Below, one piece after another: positions 1-8,510 of a DNA stretch of 21,956 bases. The DNA is from Elusimicrobiota bacterium. Lineage in GTDB: Bacteria; Elusimicrobiota; Elusimicrobia; UBA1565. Position numbers and translations under genes: made by a program. The notes beneath the pieces are model-generated. The model searched no databases, was not told the origin of the DNA, and saw only the letters and a program-made list of their open reading frames with translations. The stretch covers positions 1 to 21,956 of the forward strand of contig JBDRPD010000073.1 in assembly GCA_043827405.1 (NCBI GenBank). Direction: 5' to 3'. Positions within the stretch are counted from its first letter, which is position 1. Each line of letters begins with the position of its first letter.

Positions 1-409
1 CGATCTCGATGGAATAAACCGCGCCCGCGAGCTCGCCCAGGATCGCGGCCTGGTAGCCGGAACCGGTGCCGATCTCCAGCACCTTATGCTGCGGCTTCAG
101 GTTGAGGGCCGCGGTCATGTAGCCGACGATGAAGGGCTGGGAGATGGTCTGCTTCTCGCCGATCGGCAGGGGGCGGTCCGCGTAAGCGTAATCGGCGATC
201 TCTTTGGGCACGAACTCGTGGCGCGGAACGCGCCGCATCGCGTCGAGGACTCGCGGATCCTCTACCCGGTAGCGGGGGGAATAGTCGGCGATCTTGTCGA
301 CCATGCGCTTTCTCGCCGCGCTCGCCCAGTCGGTCTCGGCTTCGGGCTCGCCGGCTTTGGCGCAGGCGGAAATGAACAGCATGCTGCAGAGAAATGCGCG
401 CAGCGACAT
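1..409 (-). CDS. pcm: Protein-L-isoaspartate(D-aspartate) O-methyltransferase, 5' part (runs off the window start)
   Basis: Not in the ORF track; translated by hand from ATG 409: [41 protein letters not shown]...[15 protein letters not shown]...[53 protein letters not shown]. It has the PIMT motifs VPRHxF, QTISQP and [13 protein letters not shown]. Confidence 0.95.
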   Translation of the reverse strand, partial: MSLRAFLCSMLFISACAKAGEPEAETDWASAARKRMVDKIADYSPRYRVEDPRVLDAMRRVPRHEFVPKEIADYAYADRPLPIGEKQTISQPFIVGYMTAALNLKPQHKVLEIGTGSGYQAAILGELAGAVYSIEI

Positions 410-438
410 GCCATAGCTTATCAGGTATTATAGGAGTC

Positions 439-2193
439 ATGCTGCGGGCGGGAAGCGGACACGCGGAGGGGACGGATACTCTCTATATCACGCGCCAGGC
501 GCTGGCGCGGGCGCAGGCGGACCTCGGGCGGCGGCGTCCGCGGGCCGCTCTCGTCTTCGCCGGCGCGGAGTATGACCATGCCGCGATGCTGGCGGAGATC
601 GGGCGCCGCTACCCGGGTATCGAGCTGGCCGGCTGCACCGCGGCGGGCGAGTTCTCCTCCAATCTGGGCTTGAGCGAGTATTCGATCAATATCCTGCTCA
701 TCGCTTCCGACGCGGTCGATATCCGCGCCGGGCTGGGGGAGAACGCGTCTCAGGAGCCGCGGCGGGCGGCGCTCGAAGCGCTCAAGGGCGCGCGCGCGAA
801 CCTCGAACGGGTGGAAAGCTTGTGTTTGGCTTTTCCGGACGGAGCGCCGCAGGCGAATAGCGAGCTGCTGGCGGTCCTTAATGCGGAGCTGGCCGCGGAC
901 TGTCCGGTTTTCGGCGGCGCGGCCGCGCGCCATCCCGTCGCGCCGGGAGCCCCCAAGCAGTTCTGCGGCGAGCGCGTGGTCGAGGGCGGCGTTGCGCTGC
1001 TCCTGTTTTCGGGACCGGTGCGCTGCGCTTTCAGCAGCGCGGACGGCGGCACGGAGCTCCCCGTGCCGCGTCTCATCGAGGAAGCGCGGCGGTCCGCCGC
1101 CTCCGTTCCGGCCGGTTTCGCGGGGCCGCCGGAAGCCGTGCTGGTGTTTTCCAGCGCCGCGCGCCAGCGGATGCTGGGGACGCGGACGGGAAGCGAGCTC
1201 GCGGCGCATCGCGACAGCCTGCCGCCGCATACTCCGATCACGGGCTTTTATGGGTCCGCGGCGCTCGGTCCGGCCGCGCCGGGAGAGGACTGCCGGGTGC
1301 AGCCCGCCGGCATGACGACCTTGCTGCTCGGCGAGGGCGGCGGAGGGAGCGGACCCCATGAGCGGCCGGCGCCGGCGGAGAAGGAGCCGCATGGCCCCAA
1401 TCCGATGGAATCGCTGCGCCGGGAGAAGGATTTTCTGCGCTGGAAGCTGCGTGCCGCGGAGTATTTCCGGAAGGATCTGGAGGCGGTTCGCGATCAGGAC
1501 GCCGGGCTGTCGAATGAGCTCGCGGCGGCGCGCGGAGCGCTGGCCGCCGCTGAGGATTCGCTGGCGCTGGCGCAGCCGGAGCGGGATCGGCTGCTGCGAA
1601 ATTTCCTGCCGGCCAAGGCGGCGGCGGAGTTTAAAGAAAAGGGCGCTGCGTCCCCGGTTTTTTATCCTGCGGCGGCCGTGGTGTATACCGGCTTTCCGGA
1701 ATTCGCGCGCTGCGCGCGGGAGATGAATCCCCGCGACCTGGTCCGGGAATTAAATGACCGCTTCGCGGAGTTCGACCGCATCGCGCGGCGTCACGGCTTG
1801 GAGCCGCTGCGGACGGCGGGCGACTCCTACCTGTGCGCCGGCGGGCTGCCGGAGATGAAGCCCGGGCATATACTCGACGCGGTACGAGCCGCCTGGGAGA
1901 TGCGCGCCGCCATGGCGGCGCGCAAGAATTTCTGGGATATCCGCATCGGCGTGCATGCCGGTCCGCTGACGGCCGGCATCGCCGGCGGCGGGAAGTTCGC
2001 CTACGACGTTTGGGGCGACGCGGTGCGCATCGCCGCCCGGCTGCAGGCCTGCTGCGCGCCCGGCGAGATCGGCGTGTCCCTGGAGGTCTACGAGGCCGTG
2101 CACGGCGAATACGAGTGCCGGTCGCAGGGCATGATCGCGGTCAAATGCACGGACGGCGTCGAGATGTTCTTCGTTCGCCGCAAGCAGCCTTAG
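439..2193 (+). CDS. FIST sensory domain + coiled coil + class III adenylate/guanylate cyclase-like domain (catalytic residues degenerate)
   Basis: FIST motifs GCTAAGEF, PVFGGAA, FSSAAR, PITGFY. Cyclase motifs LNDRFAEFD, TAGDSYLCAGGLP, IRIGVHAGP, KFAYDVWGDAV. Start placed at ATG 439 (AGGAG at 432-436) rather than 394. Confidence 0.85.
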   Translation: MLRAGSGHAEGTDTLYITRQALARAQADLGRRRPRAALVFAGAEYDHAAMLAEIGRRYPGIELAGCTAAGEFSSNLGLSEYSINILLIASDAVDIRAGLGENASQEPRRAALEALKGARANLERVESLCLAFPDGAPQANSELLAVLNAELAADCPVFGGAAARHPVAPGAPKQFCGERVVEGGVALLLFSGPVRCAFSSADGGTELPVPRLIEEARRSAASVPAGFAGPPEAVLVFSSAARQRMLGTRTGSELAAHRDSLPPHTPITGFYGSAALGPAAPGEDCRVQPAGMTTLLLGEGGGGSGPHERPAPAEKEPHGPNPMESLRREKDFLRWKLRAAEYFRKDLEAVRDQDAGLSNELAAARGALAAAEDSLALAQPERDRLLRNFLPAKAAAEFKEKGAASPVFYPAAAVVYTGFPEFARCAREMNPRDLVRELNDRFAEFDRIARRHGLEPLRTAGDSYLCAGGLPEMKPGHILDAVRAAWEMRAAMAARKNFWDIRIGVHAGPLTAGIAGGGKFAYDVWGDAVRIAARLQACCAPGEIGVSLEVYEAVHGEYECRSQGMIAVKCTDGVEMFFVRRKQP

Positions 2194-2762
2194 GGTTTGC
2201 GGCGCTTGGCCTTGCCCTTCTGCCCCGCCTTCTTATGGAGCATCTTCTTGAGCGTCTTGTACTGGCTGTCGCTGAGCGTTTCCTTGAGCGTTAAGCAGGC
2301 ATCGACGACCTTCTTGGCCAGCGCCTTTTTCGTCTCGTACTTCTTGTCGATCAGCGAGTAGAGCGCCTTCTGGTCGGGCTTGCGCTCATGCATGGCGCTC
2401 TCGACGTCCACCATAATCACCTCGAGGTCCGCCTTGCCGCGGATGACGGTCTTCTTGGTGTCCATCATCAGCTTGAAGATAGCCTGCTCCTGCTCTTCGG
2501 TGAGTTCGAGCTTTTCGGCGTTCATGAGGATGATATGGGCTTTGTGGAGGAACTTATCATGCATGCCCTGCTTTTTTCCCATCATGCCGGGTCCCATGCC
2601 GGGCCTCATGCCCATGCCGGGTCCCATGCCCATGCCGCGATGCATGCCCATGCCGCGTCCCATTCCGGGCCCGAAGGAGGGAGCATCTGCGTCCTGTGCC
2701 GCCGCTGGAACCGCGAGCGCGCAGGCCAATACCAGCGCCGAAATACCGGTGAAAATTTTCAT
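2190..2762 (-). CDS. Secreted Spy/CpxP/ZraP-like (LTxxQ motif) helical protein with a Met/Gly-rich N-terminal segment
   Basis: Signal peptide ending PAAA|Q, GPGMGRGMGMHRGMGMGPGM tract, LELTEEQ and LSDSQ motifs. GGAGG lies 8 nt before ATG 2762. Confidence 0.75.
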   Translation of the reverse strand: MKIFTGISALVLACALAVPAAAQDADAPSFGPGMGRGMGMHRGMGMGPGMGMRPGMGPGMMGKKQGMHDKFLHKAHIILMNAEKLELTEEQEQAIFKLMMDTKKTVIRGKADLEVIMVDVESAMHERKPDQKALYSLIDKKYETKKALAKKVVDACLTLKETLSDSQYKTLKKMLHKKAGQKGKAKRRKP

Positions 2763-2885
2763 AAAGGACACCTCCGAATAGGTTGATTTAGGTTATGTTA
2801 CTGGCAGCTCGGCTGTCAATCATTGTCAGCCGATGCCAAGATTAGTAGAATGAAACACAGGGTTTGTTACATAGGGGGGCGTACT

Positions 2886-3551
2886 ATGCGCAGCAGCATT
2901 CTTTTTTCAGCCGTTCTGGTTCTCGGTCTTTCCGCCGTCGCCGAAGCGTCGATGGAGTCCGCCGCCGCCAAGTCGCTCGCGGGCTTTCAGGCGCTGCAGA
3001 TCTCGCCGCTGAGCAAGACCGTCCAGCGGATGTCGCAAGCGAAGACCGCTTCGATCGCCGCCGTGAGCGCCCGGCCGCACTTCGCCGTCATCTCCGGCGC
3101 CGCCAATAATATGCCGGTTCAGCTCCGCCTCGACCGGCGCGCCTGGACCGTCAAGGGCGCCGCGAACGGCTCGGCGGTGGATCTGCATATCGATCACGAG
3201 GCCAGCACCATAGTCGGCGGCGCCAACAGCTCCGCGGTCAAGCTGAGCTTCGACTGGAGCCCCGAGGGTGTCGCGCTGTCGGGCATCACCGGGCAGGGGC
3301 GCATCAGCCTCAAGGTGGACTACCGCGAGACCAAGCTTTACGGCTATGTCGGGACGGCCTTCGTCCGGCTGGACTATGACCCGGCCAAGGGCACGCTTAA
3401 GGGGTTCGTAAAAAATGTCCCCGTCCTGCTTCGCTTTGACCCGCGCACCGGATACCTCGAAGGCTCAATGAATGGAGCTCCGGTCCGCCTCACGATCGTC
3501 AATATGGATATCGGCGAGTTCCTGCAGTACTTCTTCCTGCTTATCGGCTAA
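2886..3551 (+). CDS. Secreted hypothetical protein with ~7 tandem 20-aa beta-strand repeats
   Basis: Signal peptide MRSSILFSAVLVLGLSAVAEA; recurring hxGxxNxxxVxLxhD units; GGGGG upstream of ATG 2886. Confidence 0.75.
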   Translation: MRSSILFSAVLVLGLSAVAEASMESAAAKSLAGFQALQISPLSKTVQRMSQAKTASIAAVSARPHFAVISGAANNMPVQLRLDRRAWTVKGAANGSAVDLHIDHEASTIVGGANSSAVKLSFDWSPEGVALSGITGQGRISLKVDYRETKLYGYVGTAFVRLDYDPAKGTLKGFVKNVPVLLRFDPRTGYLEGSMNGAPVRLTIVNMDIGEFLQYFFLLIG

Positions 3552-4277
3552 GTGACCAACCCGGAAGCGGCTAGACGCGCCAAGTACGGTCCGCTGGATG
3601 CCATCGAGGTGCCCGGCGAACCGGATGCTCCCGTAGTCGTCTGCCTGCACGGCTACGGCGCCAATGCGGCGGACCTGGCGCCCTTGGCCATGGAGCTGCG
3701 GCTGGGCGCCCCCGCGCGCTGGATTTTCCCCGACGCCCCGCTGGAGCTCGAGTTCGGCGGCTTCATGAACAGCCGCGCCTGGTTTCCCATCGATATGGAG
3801 GAGCTCGACCGGCTGCAGCGTGAAGGGCGGCACCGGGATTTCGCGCGCGTCCGGCCGCCGAAACTCGACGCGGCGCGGCAGGCCGTGCGCGAGCTTATCG
3901 ACGCCGCCGGTATTTCATGGGACCAGCTTATTATCGGCGGCTTCAGCCAGGGCTCCATGGTTGCGCTCGATGTGCTGCTGCATGAGACCCGCAAGCCCAA
4001 GGGGCTCTTCATCTTGTCGGGCAACCTCGTCGATGAGAAGAATGTGCAGGATCGCGCCCGCCGCCTGGCGGGACTGCGCTACTTCCAGAGCCACGGCACC
4101 GATGATGTGCTGCTGTCCTTTCAGGGCGCGGCGGCGCTGAGCGGCGTTCTGCGGGAAGCCGGGCTGGAAGGGGCGCTGCGGCGCTTCGCCGGCGGCCACG
4201 CCCTGCCGCCCGAGGTTCTCATGGACCTGGGCGCCTATTTAAAGTCGCTCCAGGACGCGGCGGCCCCTCAGGGGTAG
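3552..4277 (+). CDS. Phospholipase/carboxylesterase (alpha/beta hydrolase, Abhydrolase_2 type)
   Basis: LHGYGAN, FPDAP, RAWFP, nucleophile elbow GGFSQG, HGTDD and GGH motifs. GTG start immediately after the upstream TAA. Confidence 0.9.
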   Translation: MTNPEAARRAKYGPLDAIEVPGEPDAPVVVCLHGYGANAADLAPLAMELRLGAPARWIFPDAPLELEFGGFMNSRAWFPIDMEELDRLQREGRHRDFARVRPPKLDAARQAVRELIDAAGISWDQLIIGGFSQGSMVALDVLLHETRKPKGLFILSGNLVDEKNVQDRARRLAGLRYFQSHGTDDVLLSFQGAAALSGVLREAGLEGALRRFAGGHALPPEVLMDLGAYLKSLQDAAAPQG

Positions 4278-4795
4278 TAGAAGCCGAGCGCGCCGCGGGT
4301 GAACTCCGCCGTGAACTGTCCGCCTTCCCGCAGCGAGTCGTGCGTCTCTTTGCTCACGCTCTTGCGCAGCCGGCGGCCGTCCGCGTCCTTAAGGACCACG
4401 TAGTAGCCGTCCGCTCCGGCGCGTCCCTTATCGGCGACGGTCCCCGTTACCTGCACGAGCACCGATTTGGCTGAGAAGTTGTTGTAGATGAGCGCCGGGC
4501 CGGTGAGAAGGCCGGCGGCGGCAAGACCGAATGCCGCGCCGCCGGCCAATGAAAGGAGCAGCCGTTTTCGCCCGGCGGGAGGGGCCTCGCCTTGCGCCAG
4601 CGGCTCGGCCGTGCGGAAGCTCCAGCGCGGCGCGAAGTAGAAGTGGAAAAAGAGCGCCCAGGCCGCCGCCGCCGGCGGAAAGATTTTCCTGCCGGTGACG
4701 GCCCAGACGCTGAGGATGTCGCCGGGGAAGAGCATCGCTCCCCCCGCGACGGCGAGCGCCGTCAGAAACAGATACAGCCACAGGACCGTGTACAT
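4268..4795 (-). CDS. Hypothetical membrane protein (about 3 TM helices + C-terminal beta domain)
   Basis: Hydrophobic stretches; ATG at 4795 overlaps the upstream TGA (TGATG coupling). Confidence 0.6.
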   Translation of the reverse strand: MYTVLWLYLFLTALAVAGGAMLFPGDILSVWAVTGRKIFPPAAAAWALFFHFYFAPRWSFRTAEPLAQGEAPPAGRKRLLLSLAGGAAFGLAAAGLLTGPALIYNNFSAKSVLVQVTGTVADKGRAGADGYYVVLKDADGRRLRKSVSKETHDSLREGGQFTAEFTRGALGFYYP

Positions 4796-5562
4796 CACTG
4801 CCGCAGGCGCCACTCCGTCGTCATCTCGGCGATTTTCGCCAGGTCGTCCGCGCGCCGGTCATAGAAGGCGTTGTACTGCGCGATCTGCGCCTGGCGGTAG
4901 CCGAGCAGGACGTTGCGGCATTCATAGGCCTGCTCAATGGTCATCAGCTCGAGCTGGATGAAGTACTGCTCGAGCTGGGACTGATAGAATTTTTCGCTGT
5001 CGGCGGTGAGCTCTGTAAGAATCTTCTTGATCTCCGGGCGCGCGTCCGCGGCGATCACCGGGAGCTTGATCTTGGGCGGCGCGGTCGGGCGCTGGCAGGC
5101 CTGCTGGAATGCGAAGGGGTCATCGGCGGGCGGCGCGTCTTTGTCGGGGTTCTTCTTCTGGTAGGCCTCCATCGACAGCCAGGTCAGCTCTTTTTCCGGA
5201 AAGGCCCGGAGGTCGTGCAGCCGCCGGCGCTCGAACGCCGCGGCATGCGTCTTCATGGACTGGACGAATTGCTCATGCGGGCAATGGCCGCGGGTCAGCG
5301 TCATGACCTCGGCGTAGACGCCGTAGGCTTTGCTGCGGGCTTCGAGAAACTTGATGATGTCGCGCCGCAGCGGCGCCAAGAGCGAAGAGGTGTCGGCCAT
5401 GCTCTTGGGCTCAATGGGAATGGGTTCGGGCGGAATTCCCGGCAGCGCCGGCGTCGCGCAGACGAAGCTCGGCCAGGTCTGACGCACGTATTCGTCCTCT
5501 ACGGGCGCTCCGGCGGCGGCGGCCGGCAGCAGCAAGGTCAACAGCGTAAGTGCGCGTATCAT
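4795..5562 (-). CDS. Secreted hypothetical helical protein
   Basis: Signal peptide MIRALTLLTLLLPAAAAG, 4 Cys, ATGA overlap with the upstream gene at 5559-5562. Confidence 0.7.
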   Translation of the reverse strand: MIRALTLLTLLLPAAAAGAPVEDEYVRQTWPSFVCATPALPGIPPEPIPIEPKSMADTSSLLAPLRRDIIKFLEARSKAYGVYAEVMTLTRGHCPHEQFVQSMKTHAAAFERRRLHDLRAFPEKELTWLSMEAYQKKNPDKDAPPADDPFAFQQACQRPTAPPKIKLPVIAADARPEIKKILTELTADSEKFYQSQLEQYFIQLELMTIEQAYECRNVLLGYRQAQIAQYNAFYDRRADDLAKIAEMTTEWRLRQ

Positions 5563-6224
5563 TGGGGTTCCTCAAAGGTGCGAAGAATGCCGCGCGTTTC
5601 GTTCAGGAACGCGCCGAAGTTTTCCATCGTGATCCGCCGGTTGAGCCGGCAGAGCGCCAGCAAGCGGCCGCCGCCCTCGATCGTCCAGTCCGCGGGAGCG
5701 CCGATGCTGTCGAGCTTTTTCCGGGTAAAATGGATTTCCGCGCGAACCTCGTTGCGCGCGCGCAGACGGTGGGTCTCCGGCAGGCCGGGCACCGACCGGA
5801 GCTCCACATAGCCCGGGGCGGTTCCGAGCTCGGGCGGCAAATCCCTGGGGCTCAGTTCGAATTCCGGCAGCGCGGCGCTGCGCAGGCGGCAGCAGGCGAC
5901 GGTTTGCCGATAGGCGACCGTGCTTCTGCCGTCGCTGGAATCGAAGTGGTAATCGACGATGACGGCCGGCGCGCCGTCGAGCTCTCCCGTCATGACGTTG
6001 CGGTATTTGCGCGAGAAGCCCTTGTTGAAGATGGGGAAATCGGCGAAGCCCTCGGGCGGCAGCGCCGGCTCTCCGTCCTGGAGCGTGAAGCCGTGACTTG
6101 CCGCCAGCTTGGCCAGGCGCTGGCGCCGGCGCCGGTCGAAAAAATAAGCCGCCGCGGCGATCCCGCCGAAAACGGCGACGATCAGCAGCAGGATAATTAA
6201 CGGGTTGTCGATAGAGCTGCCCAC
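5559..6224 (-). CDS. Hypothetical single-pass membrane protein
   Basis: N-terminal TM followed by RRRRQRLAKLAASHGF and a soluble alpha/beta domain. GTG start lies 7 nt downstream of TGCTATTCT. Confidence 0.7.
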   Translation of the reverse strand: MGSSIDNPLIILLLIVAVFGGIAAAAYFFDRRRRQRLAKLAASHGFTLQDGEPALPPEGFADFPIFNKGFSRKYRNVMTGELDGAPAVIVDYHFDSSDGRSTVAYRQTVACCRLRSAALPEFELSPRDLPPELGTAPGYVELRSVPGLPETHRLRARNEVRAEIHFTRKKLDSIGAPADWTIEGGGRLLALCRLNRRITMENFGAFLNETRGILRTFEEPQ

Positions 6225-6275
6225 CGCGGTAAGAATAGCAGTTGCGTTTCCGCGGCGGCTAGAGTTCGCCGGCGG

Positions 6276-6743
6276 TCAGCTTTCGGGAAGCGCCGAATGA
6301 TCGCTGGGGCGGCCCTCGCTTTCCTCGCATATTTTCCGGAACACCTCGTTGATGCCCATGAATTCGGCGGCGACCGCGTTCTCGATTTCGCGGAACTGCG
6401 CGCTGTTGGTGAATTTGCGCACGTAGACGATGCCGCGGATGGCGAGCTCCATTACCTCCGTGGGATCCAGGTTAAGCAGGACCGCGGATTCGTAGGCCTT
6501 CTTCAGCACGCAGCATGCTCCGCGGGGAAGGTTCTGCTCCCGGAGCACAAGTCCCGTCATGGCGCCGGCGCAGATTTCGATAATGCTGTGCTTGTGTTCG
6601 GGCTCGAATGTCTGCGCGTTCTGCAGCGCGATCATTATGGTCTTGCGGGCGACCTCGGCGGCGGCGTCGCAGGGGTCCTGCAGTTCGCTCAGGCGGGCTA
6701 CGACCATCTCCTTCGTCAGCTGGCCGACATTGAATCGTTCCAT
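6276..6743 (-). CDS. Hypothetical all-helical cytoplasmic protein
   Basis: 155-aa ORF with natural composition, preceded by a TTGTCA-16-TACACT promoter match. Confidence 0.7.
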   Translation of the reverse strand: MERFNVGQLTKEMVVARLSELQDPCDAAAEVARKTIMIALQNAQTFEPEHKHSIIEICAGAMTGLVLREQNLPRGACCVLKKAYESAVLLNLDPTEVMELAIRGIVYVRKFTNSAQFREIENAVAAEFMGINEVFRKICEESEGRPSDHSALPES

Positions 6744-6749
6744 GGGGAT

Positions 6750-6777
6750 AGTGTAGCGGCCGGGCCGGGGCTGACAA
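6750..6777 (-). promoter_or_regulatory. Putative sigma70 promoter TTGTCA-N16-TACACT, 6 nt upstream of ATG 6743
   Basis: Forward strand AGTGTA at 6750-6755 and TGACAA at 6772-6777; no SD between the -10 and the ATG. Confidence 0.55.
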
Positions 6778-6810
6778 GACGACTTAAGTCGGTGACCCGG
6801 CAGCGGTGAC

Positions 6811-8442
6811 TCAGGTCACCGTCTCGGCGCGCACGATGGATTCGGCGATCTTGAGGCCGTCGACCGCCGAGCTGATGATGCCGCCGGCGTAGCCCGCGCC
6901 CTCGCCGGCGGGATACAGCCCTTCCAGGCTGACCGACATGCCGTCCTCGCGGCGCGGCAGGCGGACCGGCGAGCTGGTGCGGCTTTCCACCGCCAGCAGG
7001 TTGCCGTCGGGGCCGCAGTAGCCTTTTAGGCGCCGGCCGAAGCCGCGCAGCCCCTCCTTGAGCGGCGCCGTGAGCCAGTCGGGCAGGAGCACCCCGAGGT
7101 CCGCGGGTTCGGCCAGCGGGCGGAAGTTGGTCGGCGCCAACGAGCCGCTCGGCTTGCCGGACAGGAAGTCCGCGATACGCATCGCCGGCGCGGCATAGGG
7201 CGTTCGCGTCGCGGTGAAGGCGTCGGCCTCCAGGCGCCGCTGGAACTCGATGCCGATCAGCGGCGTGTCGGCATAGCCGTGCCGCCGGAGGTCGTCGGGC
7301 GTCACTTGGGCGACGACGCCCGAGTTGGCGTAGGGCGAAGTGCGGTTGGAGTTGCTCATGCCGTTGATCGCCATGCGGCCGGTTTCCGTGGGGCAGGGGA
7401 CGATGAAGCCGCCCGGGCACATGCAGAAGCTGTAGACGCCGCGCTGCGCCAGGTGCGGGTCCGGCGCCTGATGCGTCAGGTGATAGGCGGCGGCGCCGAG
7501 CGCGCGGCCGGCGTTCGCGCGGCCGTACTGCGCGGCGTTGATCAGCTCCTGCGGGTGTTCCGCCCGCAGGCCGACCGCGAAGTCCTTCGCCTCCATGCGG
7601 ACCCCGTCCTCCAGGAGACGGCCGAGGGTATCCCGTGCGGAATGGCCGATCGCCAGCACCACGCGGTCGGTCGAGATCTCCTCGCCGCCCGCGAGCCGCA
7701 CTCCGTGCACGCGGCCGTCGCGCACGATCAGCCCTTCCATCCGCGTTTGGAAGCGGATCTGGACGCCCTGTTCGATCAGCCGCGCGCGCAGGCTGCGGAT
7801 GATCGCGACCAGCTTCTCGGTGCCGAGATGGGGGTGGGCTTCGACGAGGATCGAGGGCGAGGCGCCGAAATCCACGAACGTCCGCATAATCCAGCGGACA
7901 TAGGGATGCTTGACCCGGGTATAGAGCTTGCCGTCGGTGTAGGTCCCCGCGCCGCCTTCGCCGAAGCAGATATTGCTTTCCGGATCGAGCTCGCCGTGCG
8001 CCCGCAGGCGGCCGATGTCCTTGATCCGCTCGTCGACCGGCTTGCCGCGCTCCAGCAGCAGGGTGCGGATGCCCGCCGTGCTCAGCGCCAGGGCCGCGAA
8101 CAGCCCCGCCGGTCCGGCGCCGACGACGACCACCGGGTCCATGCCGTGCGGTCCCCGCTTGCGCCGGGACAGGAACTCCGGCGGGTCGGCCGCCAGCGTC
8201 GAGCGCTCGAGGCGGCGCACCTTCGCCGGCGGGAGGCGCAGCGGCTCCGTGGTTTCGAACTCGGCCTGCACGACATAAAACAGCAGGGGCTTCTTGCGCG
8301 CGTCGATCGATTTTTTTACGACCAGGACCCGGCTGATCTGCGACGGGCGCAGGCCCGCCGCGGCCGCGATCTTGCGCCGCAGGCTTTGCGGCGAGAAGTC
8401 GAGGGGGGTGCGCAGGTCGGATATCAGGTAGAGGTTCGCCAT
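6811..8442 (-). CDS. Uncharacterised NAD(P)/FAD-dependent dehydrogenase (COG2509-type)
   Basis: KKSIDARKK, VVVGAGPAGLFAA (Rossmann), GEGGAGTYTDGKL, HPHLGT, LAIGHSARD, YSFCMCPGG, NGMS, ESRTSSPVR, LYPAGEGAGYAGGIISSAVDG. Start is uncertain (8442 or 8457). Confidence 0.9.
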   Translation of the reverse strand: MANLYLISDLRTPLDFSPQSLRRKIAAAAGLRPSQISRVLVVKKSIDARKKPLLFYVVQAEFETTEPLRLPPAKVRRLERSTLAADPPEFLSRRKRGPHGMDPVVVVGAGPAGLFAALALSTAGIRTLLLERGKPVDERIKDIGRLRAHGELDPESNICFGEGGAGTYTDGKLYTRVKHPYVRWIMRTFVDFGASPSILVEAHPHLGTEKLVAIIRSLRARLIEQGVQIRFQTRMEGLIVRDGRVHGVRLAGGEEISTDRVVLAIGHSARDTLGRLLEDGVRMEAKDFAVGLRAEHPQELINAAQYGRANAGRALGAAAYHLTHQAPDPHLAQRGVYSFCMCPGGFIVPCPTETGRMAINGMSNSNRTSPYANSGVVAQVTPDDLRRHGYADTPLIGIEFQRRLEADAFTATRTPYAAPAMRIADFLSGKPSGSLAPTNFRPLAEPADLGVLLPDWLTAPLKEGLRGFGRRLKGYCGPDGNLLAVESRTSSPVRLPRREDGMSVSLEGLYPAGEGAGYAGGIISSAVDGLKIAESIVRAETVT

Positions 8443-8510
8443 GGCGTCTCGCTGCATAGAATAGAACATCCGGGCGCTCGGGCGCGCCGATCTTGATATC
8501 ATATGCGGCG

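Noticed and set aside
6790..6821. CGGTGAC repeats forming a hairpin over the FAD dehydrogenase stop codon
   Set aside because: Short 7-bp stem with no U-tract; not distinguishable from chance in GC-rich DNA.
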